Below, piece after piece: positions 1-8,010 of a stretch of DNA of 64,000 nucleotides; the stretch's first letter is position 1, and each line of letters starts with the position of its first letter. The notes beneath the pieces are model-generated. The model was given only the letters and a program-made list of their open reading frames with translations, did not search any database and was not told the origin of the DNA. A program made the position numbers and the translations under genes. Location: the NCBI GenBank assembly GCA_029821875.1, contig JALGXW010000027.1, forward strand, positions 6,175-70,174, in the 5' to 3' direction. The stretch is from Candidatus Hebobacterum abditum (lineage in GTDB: Bacteria > Armatimonadota > Hebobacteria > Hebobacterales > Hebobacteraceae).

Positions 1-938
1 CAGGGGTCCGGGAGCGGGCGCGCGAGCGATCTCTGCCGCCACATCCAGGACGATGGGCGCGTCATACTGGAACATGACGTAGCTGTAAACCAGGCCCTGT
101 GGCAGGTCGGCGACCAGCGTATGGAGCGTCCAGCCGCTGCGGCTCTCCACGTGCACGGCATCCATGATCGAAGCCACGTGCTCGGCCGTAAGCTCCTCCT
201 GACTCTCGATGCGGCTCAGCATCTCTTCCGCGCGGCTGTAGCGCCAGCAGGGGTACTCCCCGTTCGATGGGTTCGCCACGTTGAAGTTGGTGGAGACGAG
301 GAAGCTATCGCCGTCGGGTTTGCGGGTGAACGCAACCTTGCCGTCAGGTCCGACGCCGATCACAACCGCGTCACCCGTCGCGTCGGCGAAATGCATCTGG
401 TCGTGCATCGCCGTATGCCAGCGGTGCTCCTGGACCCAGGCGATGACCTCTTCCACCGTAGCACACTCGCGCAGGATGTGGAGCAGGTAGCTGGCGTAGC
501 CACCGTGGACGGGTTCTTGGCCGGGGTGAGAGGTCACCGGTACCTTGGGCAGCCCGTTGGCGTCGTAGGCCAACCCCTTCTCGTTGAAGCCCTGCTGGAC
601 GTTGTCGGGTTCCCCGAAGTAGATCGCACCGTAATGAGTGGCGCTCCCCGGATCGACCCAGTAGGTCTGGTCGCGGTTGATGTAGTCGTCGTTAGCGCCA
701 AAGAAGACCCGATTACCCTGGGAGACAGTGAGGATGGTGCAGCGGCGAACGTCTGAGTCGTCGCATGGGGGCGATGGAGACGCTGGCGACGCACGCCCTG
801 ACTGCGCCGGACCACAGATACCCAGGAGCATGGCGCCCAACGCTAAGCAGGCCCCCAAGGCGGGAGCATCGTCCCGACGCCAGTCGGCCCCCTCGGGTTC
901 ACAGTGCCAGCCCCGGCGTCCTCCCTTTCGTCTGCCCA
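1..938 (-). CDS. Secreted Ntn-hydrolase of the choloylglycine hydrolase / linear amide C-N hydrolase type; C-terminus runs off the window
   Basis: Manual reverse-strand translation from ATG at 938: MGRRKGGRRGW...ALGACLALGAMLLGICGPAQ (signal-like), then ...RRCTILTVSQGNRVFFGANDDY, matching the Cys-Thr N-terminal nucleophile plus G-x-N-x-D context of CBAH/penicillin V acylase-type Ntn hydrolases. The frame stays open to nt 1. The plus-strand ORF 121-756 is its antisense artefact. Confidence 0.55.
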
Positions 939-1463
939 TTCTCGTACCTCCCTCCATCGGTCTCTGCGGCACACGCAGAGCGCCAGGATGAGATTCACCC
1001 GTGGGACACGCTGTCCCTGTCAGACAGCGATGGGACACCGCTGACGGTCCTGCTGGTTTGCCTGCGACTCCCGGTCATTCTGCCATGTGCGGCCATTCGG
1101 CGGCGGCCCCGGGCATGGCCTTCTCCTGCCGAGGGTCCTGTTCCGATCAGGGGCCCGTAGCGAGAATGCGAGTGGCCCCAGGATACCGGATCTGGCACCG
1201 CGGTCGGCGGGGGCACGCGCGGCACGAAGGGGAACCGCCATCCACGCGGCAGAGGCACTCCGCCGTGTCAGGTACTGACAGCGCCATCTGGAGATGCTAG
1301 AATTGGGCTGGTTTCAGCTTGCTGAAGGCGAACTGCTGAGTTCGCATCAGACGAGCAAACCCGCGAATGGCGGTGCGCGAAGGGCAAGTGAGCCGAGATG
1401 TGGCATTGCGGTCTCGGATGCTCTACACTGTCATTGTGCGGGAGATCGACACTAGCGGACACG

Positions 1464-1504
1464 GGTGCCGGCGTAGCTCAGTTGGTAGAGCGGCTGATTT
1501 GTAA
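1464..1504 (+). repeat. 41-bp direct repeat (attL-like): 3 nt + first 38 nt of tRNA-Thr(TGT), identical to 7868-7908
   Basis: Exact 41/41 identity (ggtgccggcgtagctcagttggtagagcggctgatttgtaa). Identity ends at the anticodon-loop/3' anticodon-stem boundary, then the sequences diverge (acacca vs tcagta). Confidence 0.85.
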
Positions 1505-1774
1505 ACACCACTCGCGCGTGTTGCTCTTCCCCTCCATTTGCCGCACCATCTGTTCGCCTCCGTGACATCGTCCTGGGCGTACTGCCGAGGTCAAGCATGC
1601 CGGGCGATCCCAGATATACCTGGAATGTCTCTGAGCTGCCCACCGCGCGCGCTGGCCCTCTCAGAACCCGAAGCAGTCAGAGGAGTGGAGCAAACCTTGG
1701 CGCCCGTCAGGCCGGTCTCATCGTCGACTGAGAAGCACCCGGCGTCCCGGAGCCACTGAACGCGCATACAGTGA

Positions 1775-4700
1775 TCATCTCGCCTCCTGCGCTCGGCTCT
1801 GATCCCACCACTGTTGCCACTTGTCTGCATCGGTGCCGAAGTCCTGGCCGGTGATGGCGCGGAGGGCCTTCACCTCCGCGGTGATACTCCTTGGCGTGGG
1901 TTCGCCGCGGCCGAAGTAACGGTCTGCCTCGGCCACATCCTGCCGCAACGCCTCGATCAGCGCAGGCACGGCGGCCGGGTCCCTGAGTCGACCGATGGCT
2001 TCCGCCGCACCCACGCGAGAGGCAGCAAGGCAGTGGTCTGGATCCCGGAGGACGGTGAGGAGTAGCTTCACGGTACGGCGGTCGCCCACCTTGGCGAGCG
2101 CGACGGCGGCCGCGTGCCGGACCTGGCCGTCTGGATCATCCAGGAACGGTGCTATCGCCTCCGCGTTCTGCGGGTCGCCGATCTCGCCCAGCCCGGTAAC
2201 CGCCGCCAGACGGACTCCGACACTGTCGTCCTTCAGCAAGCGCACGAGCACCGGCGTCGCCCTGGGGTCCGCTATCTGGGCCAGCGCGCGGGCCGCGGCG
2301 CGGCGATTGCGCTGATCGGAGTCGCGCGTGAGAGGGAGGATGTCCGGCACCGCGGCTCGCGATCCTATCTCGCCGAGCGCCTTGGCGGCAGCGCGCCGCA
2401 GTCCCATGTCGCTGCTGTGGAGCAGCCCGAGTAGGAATGCCTCCGCGCGCGGGCCGCCGATCCGGCCGAGCGCCCATGTGGCATACCAGGCACCGTCGAA
2501 CTCCAGTCGCTCCAGTGTGCTGATGAGCGGCTCCACCGCCCGCGGATCGACTATCTCACCCAAGACGGATATGGCCGAAACTCGCACCTGCGGGTCGGTG
2601 TCGTGAAGCAGAATGTCGATCACCGGTTCGGTGGCCCGCCGATCCTTGATCCACAATAGGGGACCCAGCGCCTTCAGCCGGACCTTCGGATCCGGGTCGC
2701 TCAGTGCGGCCAGCAACGGCTCGAGAACAGCTTTGTTCTGGGCCTGACGCAGGCCGTCGCCGAGCGCATAGGAGACCCGCCCGCGGACGTACTCATCGGG
2801 GTCGTGGATCATGCCCAGCAGCGGCGTCACCGCGCGCGGATCGCCAATGAGACCGAGCGCCTCCGCAGCAGCGCCGCGGACACTCGGGTTGCTGTCCTTC
2901 AGGGCGGCCAGGAGACACTCCACCGCGTCGGCGGCATTCGGATGACCGAGTGCCCCGGCGGCCAGAGAACGCACCTCGGGGTCTTCGTCGGCGAGGAGAC
3001 CGGAGAGCACGCCAACGGTGCCTGTGCCGTCGAGGACACGGAGCGCGCTCGAGGACGCCCAACGCACCTCCGGGTGTTGATCCTTCAGGGCAGCGGCGAG
3101 TGGCTCAATGCCCTCAGGGTCGCCGAGCGAGCCAAGTGCCGTCGCCGCGGCGGCGCGGACCTCGTAGTCTGGGTCATGCTTGAGGATCGAAGCCAGGGGC
3201 GCGATGGTCTCCTTTCGCCCGAGCTCGCCAATCGCCCGGACCGCGGCGAGGCGAACGCGCCACACGCGGTCGTCCGCCGCTCTCAGGAGCGGATCCAGCC
3301 TCTCCGGCTCGCCGATCCTGCCCAGGGCACGTGCCGATGCCTCCCTCAGTTGCCAGTCGTCATCTCGAAGTGCCAGAAGCAGGTCAGGCACTGCCTTGTC
3401 GGACTGGAGGGCGCCCAGGGCTCTGGCCGCGGCGGCCCGAAGCGCCGGGTCGCCCTCGCGGAGGATCCCGAGGAGTAGCTCTTGGGCCCGTTGATCCCTG
3501 CTATCCCCCAGCGCTCTGATGGCTGCCCGTCGCACGAGCGCCTCGGCATCGCCCAACTGATGGATGAGGGCAGACACTGCCCCCGGGCCTCGCACCCGAC
3601 CGAGTTGCTGAGCGACGCCGAATCGGACGACGGGATCGGCATCGCGCGCGGCCTCTAGCAGGGAGTCCAGCAGGACCCGCTGGGCCTCCGTGCCAGCGAA
3701 CTCCGATCGGGGCCACATCCCCCAGAGCGCAGCATAGCGAACCGCGGGATCGGGATCGCGGAGTGCTGCGGCGCGGGCCCTCCACACCTCCGGCTCGTCG
3801 CGCATCGCGACAAGGTACATCGCCTGCCGGCGGACGGCCGGGTCCTCGTCACGAGCGAGCGGAAGGATCGCGTCCAGGTCGGCGTGCTGCTGCACGCGCG
3901 CGGGACCGCGAAGACCGTAGAGCGCCGCCGCGCGCACCGACGGTACCGGATCCTGCGTGAGTGCAACCAGTGGGGCCACGGCCATGCGCATCACGTTCTC
4001 GTCGTTCGTGTGGCAGAAGGCGGCTGCGCCGCGGGCTCGTACGAGGGCATCGGGTGACTGAAACCCGTCGATCAGCCGTCCGCCCACTTGCTCATCCCCA
4101 TAGTAGCCAAGCCCGAAGGCGGCGCGCCTCCCGACGCGGTCGTCCGCGTCTGCAAGGGCGGCGAAGAGAGCGTCCCTCGCTCGCGAATCGTCAACCAGCG
4201 GGCCGAGCCCTCCCACCGCGAGGAGTCGCACCTCCGGGTCTGGGTCGCGCCCCACCTCCAGGAGTGGCGCCACGGCCTTCGAATCGCGCAGCATGCCGAG
4301 CGTATAGGCCGCAGCCTGACGCACCGAGGGACCGTCATCTCCGAGAGACTCCTCGATCCCCTCTCCTGCCGCGCGGCGAACAGCATCTCCGGAGACCTCC
4401 GCCCTTGCGGGCTCCACCATGGCGGCCAACGCCAGCAGGGCTCCCCGGCGGACGCCCGGGTTCGAGTCGCCCAGTGCGGCCGAGAGCCCGGGAAGCGCCG
4501 GCTCCCCCAATCCCGCCAGCACGCGCACGGCCTGCTCGCCCACAGTCGTATCGCGGGACTGAGACGTCCACCACGGGTCCGGGTCGAGCCGGGCATACAT
4601 GGGGTCGCCCGGCAGCTCCGTATCGTCGGCGAGCATCCCTACGAGCGCAGGGACCGCTGGCGCGACACGGTCGCGGCTCGTCTGCAGGACCGTCGATGCT

Positions 4701-5869
4701 CGGAACCGCGCAAAGGCATCCGGGGAACGAAGCTCCGCCAGCGCCTGCTCCAGATCCGGAGTGAGGCCGTCCGCGCTCAGCTGCACAGCCGCGAAGGCCG
4801 CGGCAGAGAGCAGCAGCACCGCCGCCACCCCCAGCGCCAGCTTGCGGCTCAGCCGCCGCGCTCCATCAGCTCCAGTGATCGCCTCCACACGCTTGAGCAG
4901 TGTCGACTTCCGTTCGGCGACACCGACCGAGACCAATGCGAGCCGAGCATGCGCGCGCCTCGCGGCGGCGGTGAGTGAGCGAGCGTAGCTCGTCGGCTCG
5001 GCTCCCCGCTCCATGACCCAGGCGTCGCAGAGCTGTTCCCTCGCCAGGGAGATGTGCCGGCCAGCGAGCCAGACCACCGGGTGGAAGAACAGTGGTACTG
5101 CCAGCATCCGCTGCACCACGTTGACCAGGAAGTCGTGCCTGACGATGTGCGCCATCTCGTGTGCCAGGAGAGCGTGCAGGTCACTCTCGGAGAGAGACTC
5201 CAGCCACTCCTCCGGGAGCACGATCACCGGCCTCCGCCAACCGTACAGCAGCGGCGCGCCGGCCAGCTCGCTGCTGCGCAACTCCACACGTCTGGCCACG
5301 CCGGACGCGGCGCACAAGTCTTCCAGCATCGCCTGCAACTCGGCGTTCATGACTGGCGCACTGCTCTTGAGCATCATGCGTACCCACCGGTGCCCAAGCA
5401 GCAGCCGGAGCATGACCGCGCCGCAGCCTGTGAGCCAGAGGATGGCGACCAGGCCTGGCACCCCGAGCTGTTCCCAGAGAGACGGCGCCGGAGCCGGGAT
5501 GTCGGGCGAGTCAGGCGGAACCTTCGGGTTCGGAACGGCCGGTAGGCCCGCCACGTCCATCGTGGGCGTGGCGGTTAGCATCGGGGGCGCGATCAGCCGC
5601 GCCACCTGAGCGTCGGTCACGATCTCCGCCGCGGGACGGGGCACGGCGAGCACAACCGCGGCATCGTGGCGCGCCAGCATCACTCGAAGCGGCGTCAGCA
5701 CCAGCGGCGCGAGGAGCACGAACCACCACAGGGCATGCACCGCGTGCGGCTGACGCACGCGGGCAAGCCGCTGCAAGAGCCAGGCGAGCAACCCCAGCAG
5801 GACCAGCTGCCAGGTGATCGACCATCCGATTGCCGACCAGACACGGGATAGGAGGTGTACCAGCCACAT
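1775..5869 (-). CDS. BlaR1-type M56 family membrane metalloprotease fused to ~1000 aa of HEAT (PBS lyase-like) repeats, 1364 aa
   Basis: N-terminal hydrophobic helices (WSITWQLVLLGLLAWLL; LWWFVLLAPLVLTPL; VPGLVAILWLTGCGAVMLRLLLG), HEXXH zinc motif LAHEMAHIVRHD, a further TM (LALGVAAVLLLSAAAFAAVQL), then ~30 tandem ~31-aa repeats of the form DPDxxVRxxAAxALGxIGDPRAVxPLLxxL. Start codon sits 3 bp after the blaI-like stop. Confidence 0.8.
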   Translation of the reverse strand: MWLVHLLSRVWSAIGWSITWQLVLLGLLAWLLQRLARVRQPHAVHALWWFVLLAPLVLTPLRVMLARHDAAVVLAVPRPAAEIVTDAQVARLIAPPMLTATPTMDVAGLPAVPNPKVPPDSPDIPAPAPSLWEQLGVPGLVAILWLTGCGAVMLRLLLGHRWVRMMLKSSAPVMNAELQAMLEDLCAASGVARRVELRSSELAGAPLLYGWRRPVIVLPEEWLESLSESDLHALLAHEMAHIVRHDFLVNVVQRMLAVPLFFHPVVWLAGRHISLAREQLCDAWVMERGAEPTSYARSLTAAARRAHARLALVSVGVAERKSTLLKRVEAITGADGARRLSRKLALGVAAVLLLSAAAFAAVQLSADGLTPDLEQALAELRSPDAFARFRASTVLQTSRDRVAPAVPALVGMLADDTELPGDPMYARLDPDPWWTSQSRDTTVGEQAVRVLAGLGEPALPGLSAALGDSNPGVRRGALLALAAMVEPARAEVSGDAVRRAAGEGIEESLGDDGPSVRQAAAYTLGMLRDSKAVAPLLEVGRDPDPEVRLLAVGGLGPLVDDSRARDALFAALADADDRVGRRAAFGLGYYGDEQVGGRLIDGFQSPDALVRARGAAAFCHTNDENVMRMAVAPLVALTQDPVPSVRAAALYGLRGPARVQQHADLDAILPLARDEDPAVRRQAMYLVAMRDEPEVWRARAAALRDPDPAVRYAALWGMWPRSEFAGTEAQRVLLDSLLEAARDADPVVRFGVAQQLGRVRGPGAVSALIHQLGDAEALVRRAAIRALGDSRDQRAQELLLGILREGDPALRAAAARALGALQSDKAVPDLLLALRDDDWQLREASARALGRIGEPERLDPLLRAADDRVWRVRLAAVRAIGELGRKETIAPLASILKHDPDYEVRAAAATALGSLGDPEGIEPLAAALKDQHPEVRWASSSALRVLDGTGTVGVLSGLLADEDPEVRSLAAGALGHPNAADAVECLLAALKDSNPSVRGAAAEALGLIGDPRAVTPLLGMIHDPDEYVRGRVSYALGDGLRQAQNKAVLEPLLAALSDPDPKVRLKALGPLLWIKDRRATEPVIDILLHDTDPQVRVSAISVLGEIVDPRAVEPLISTLERLEFDGAWYATWALGRIGGPRAEAFLLGLLHSSDMGLRRAAAKALGEIGSRAAVPDILPLTRDSDQRNRRAAARALAQIADPRATPVLVRLLKDDSVGVRLAAVTGLGEIGDPQNAEAIAPFLDDPDGQVRHAAAVALAKVGDRRTVKLLLTVLRDPDHCLAASRVGAAEAIGRLRDPAAVPALIEALRQDVAEADRYFGRGEPTPRSITAEVKALRAITGQDFGTDADKWQQWWDQSRAQEAR

Positions 5870-5872
5870 GGC

Positions 5873-6265
5873 CTACTCCTTTCGCGACCTGCACTCGATG
5901 AGCTGCTGAACGCGAGAGAGCTCGGCCTCCGACAGCTTCTCGTCCTCGAGCAGGCGCATGAGCAGCGCCTCCGGCGAGCCCCGAAAGGTGGTCTGGATGA
6001 GGTCGCGCAGCAGGTTTCGCTTCACCTGTCGCTCCTTCACCTTTGCGTAGTATACGTGCGCCTTGCGGGTCTCGTCCCTGCCGACAAAACCCTTGTCTTG
6101 CATCACGCGGAGCATGGTGAGCACGGTGCTGTAGGCGGGAGTTGGCTTCACCGTCAGTGCCTCAAGCACGTCGCGCACGGTGGAAGGCCCTCGATCCCAG
6201 AGCACGTTCATGATCTGCATCTCCAGGTCCCCGAATCGCGGCCGCTCTCGCTTACGCATTCCCAT
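5873..6265 (-). CDS. BlaI/MecI/CopY family transcriptional repressor (penicillinase repressor fold), 130 aa
   Basis: Protein MGMRKRERPRFGDLEMQIMNVLWDRGPSTVRDVLEAL...AYSTVLTMLRVMQDKGFVGRDETRKAHVYYAKV matches the winged-helix N-terminus of BlaI/MecI/CopY. Immediately upstream of, and translationally coupled to, the M56 protease gene. Confidence 0.85.
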   Translation of the reverse strand: MGMRKRERPRFGDLEMQIMNVLWDRGPSTVRDVLEALTVKPTPAYSTVLTMLRVMQDKGFVGRDETRKAHVYYAKVKERQVKRNLLRDLIQTTFRGSPEALLMRLLEDEKLSEAELSRVQQLIECRSRKE

Positions 6266-6278
6266 CGCTTCCTGTATC

Positions 6279-6294
6279 TACTAATATATTAGCA
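6279..6294. promoter_or_regulatory. AT-rich perfect palindrome CTAATATATTAG (6281-6292; extended near-palindrome TACTAATATATTAGCA) 16 bp upstream of the blaI start, in the divergent blaI/int intergenic region; candidate BlaI operator
   Basis: Seen in sequence. Striking AT island in ~68% GC DNA. BlaI/MecI/CopY operators are AT-rich dyads (TACA/TGTA type). Confidence 0.35.
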
Positions 6295-6386
6295 TAAAGA
6301 GTACTACTCGTCCCTTCGGCTGTCAACAGGTGAACGAGTCTTGATCCCCGGCAGGCTCTTGACGGGCACCCCAACACTCGCTATTG

Positions 6387-6400
6387 TCGTACCACTGATT
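6387..6400 (+). repeat. 14-bp direct repeat TCGTACCACTGATT, copy 1 (upstream of integrase gene)
   Basis: Identical 14-mer at 7770-7783. Adjacent GCTGATT echoes (6411-6417). Confidence 0.4.
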
Positions 6401-6465
6401 GCGGCGTACTGCTGATTTCGGGCGGGATCGTCGCTGAGCACCAGACTCCGGGGCAGGCAGGTAGA

Positions 6466-7659
6466 ATGCCTAGTCCCACAGGGGGAGGCGGCACGACGCC
6501 GGGTCAGGACGATACAGTGGAGAGCCTCAACTGGTCGGCCTTGATAGGGCGCTTTCTGCAAGCGTGGGCCGCTGAGCATCCCGGGCTTCGACCTGCGACC
6601 ACGAAGCACTATCGCGAGCAGCTGGAGACGAGATTGGCCGCCTTCGCGGCGGAACGCGAGATACCGTCGGTTCGGGATTTCACGCGTGAGCATATGCGCG
6701 CGTTTGTTACCTGGCTCGATGAACACGTGACACGACGGGGACCGATGAGCCAGCGCGGGAAGCAGATGGCGTTGAACTCCGCGAAGATGCTACTGCGATG
6801 GTGCTACAGGGAGGGGCTGCTTGCCGAGGACATCAGCAGGAGCGTGAAGGGCTACCGGCTGAACGGGGGATGGAAGCCGCAGGCTACTCGCTCAGATGAC
6901 TTGGATGCTCTCCTCGCTGCCTTCAACGCGGGCACGCCGATGGGTATCCGCAACATAGCGACGATATACATGATGGCGCTGTGCGGGCTGCGCGTCTCTG
7001 AGCTCTGCGGCCTGAACGCTGCCGATCTGAACCCGTGCGAGGGCCTTGTGACCGTGAGATCCGAGACCAGGGGAGGCACTCGCGTCCGGAGTGTTGATCT
7101 ACCTTCCGTGATCCGCGATGGGAGGCTCATGACGCGACCGGAAGTGGCGGAGGTGTTGACGGCCTGGCTGGCTGTTCGCGCGCGTTTCTTCCCCGAACTT
7201 GAGGATGCTGATCCTCTGTTCGTAGCACTTGAGCCCGGGCGCGCCTCAGCTGGTAGCGAGAAACAGGAGCCAGATGCGGGGGGTGCAGGCCGACGGATGA
7301 CCGTTGATGGGGTACGCCTGATGTTGCGGCGGGCGGCGAAGCGAGCAGGCATCGACCCGAAGCGCGTCACGCCTAACCGGCTACGACACCACTTCGGCTT
7401 AAGCGCCACCGCTGCGGGAGTCAACCAGGCGGCTCTTATGGAAGCGATGGGGCACAAGTCTCCTCTGATGACGATGCGATATGCTGCGATCACGGACGAG
7501 GACCGCAGCCGGCAGCTTGCCCGAGCCGACATTGCCGGCGGAGTCAGATTCCCTGATGCCCAGCGTCACCGCCTGCCCACCCGCGAGGATGTGGAAGGGA
7601 CTCTTGAGGAAGAGGCAAGCCTGTCTGAGATAGCGCGGAAGCTGTTCGCCCGAGAGTAG
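6466..7659 (+). CDS. Tyrosine site-specific recombinase / phage-type integrase, 397 aa
   Basis: C-terminal catalytic motifs LRHHFGLSA, MGHKSPLMT, MRYAAI (R-H-R-Y family). N-terminal SAM-like core-binding region. Ends 210 bp from tRNA-Thr. Confidence 0.85.
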   Translation: MPSPTGGGGTTPGQDDTVESLNWSALIGRFLQAWAAEHPGLRPATTKHYREQLETRLAAFAAEREIPSVRDFTREHMRAFVTWLDEHVTRRGPMSQRGKQMALNSAKMLLRWCYREGLLAEDISRSVKGYRLNGGWKPQATRSDDLDALLAAFNAGTPMGIRNIATIYMMALCGLRVSELCGLNAADLNPCEGLVTVRSETRGGTRVRSVDLPSVIRDGRLMTRPEVAEVLTAWLAVRARFFPELEDADPLFVALEPGRASAGSEKQEPDAGGAGRRMTVDGVRLMLRRAAKRAGIDPKRVTPNRLRHHFGLSATAAGVNQAALMEAMGHKSPLMTMRYAAITDEDRSRQLARADIAGGVRFPDAQRHRLPTREDVEGTLEEEASLSEIARKLFARE

Positions 7660-7769
7660 GGTATGGGGCAGCCGACGAGCCCTGCTCACGGTGATGACAA
7701 GCCGATGTCAATCTGGTAGAATCGGCCCTGAATGCGAACAGCAGAATCGGTGTCGCGCACGTACGCTGA

Positions 7770-7783
7770 TCGTACCACTGATT
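7770..7783 (+). repeat. 14-bp direct repeat TCGTACCACTGATT, copy 2 (between integrase stop and tRNA-Thr)
   Basis: Identical to 6387-6400. Candidate arm-type integrase or regulator binding site. Confidence 0.4.
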
Positions 7784-7870
7784 ATTGGATGCTGGAGACG
7801 AAGAGCCGGGTGCCGTAGGTGAGAAAATCGGCTCCTAGCTCAGAAAAAGAGTGTTCTAGGCGAATTGCGG

Positions 7871-7946
7871 TGCCGGCGTAGCTCAGTTGGTAGAGCGGCT
7901 GATTTGTAATCAGTAGGTCGCGGGTTCGAATCCTGCCGCCGGCTCC
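7871..7946 (+). tRNA. tRNA-Thr (anticodon TGT)
   Basis: Cloverleaf folded by hand: acceptor GCCGGCG/CGCCGGC, D-arm GCTC-AGTTGGTA-GAGC, anticodon stem GCTGA/TCAGT with loop TTTGTAA, T-arm GCGGG-TTCGAAT-CCTGC, discriminator T, encoded CCA. Its first 38 nt are duplicated at 1467-1504. Confidence 0.85.
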
Positions 7947-8010
7947 ACTCTTCTCGTTCGCCGGAGGTGGATGAGAAGAGTGACCTCGAGCGAAGTCGAG
8001 GGGCCACGAC

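Larger units (their letters stand above)
1464..7908. mobile_element. Putative tRNA-Thr-integrated element (~6.4 kb) carrying tyrosine integrase, BlaI-family repressor and BlaR1-M56/HEAT sensor-protease
   Basis: Flanking 41-bp direct repeats derived from the tRNA 5' half. Integrase gene ends 210 bp from the intact tRNA. Compact cargo of three genes. Confidence 0.6.

Noticed and set aside
121-756. 211-aa plus-strand ORF at the window start
   Set aside because: Antisense of the Ntn-hydrolase gene, which has clear family motifs on the minus strand. Its own translation is low-complexity with no motifs.
2804-4978. Several 200-300-aa plus-strand ORFs (2804-3478, 3961-4764, 4088-4978) inside the BlaR1-HEAT gene
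   Set aside because: Antisense of a gene with unmistakable repeat and motif structure. The translations are Arg/Pro-rich.
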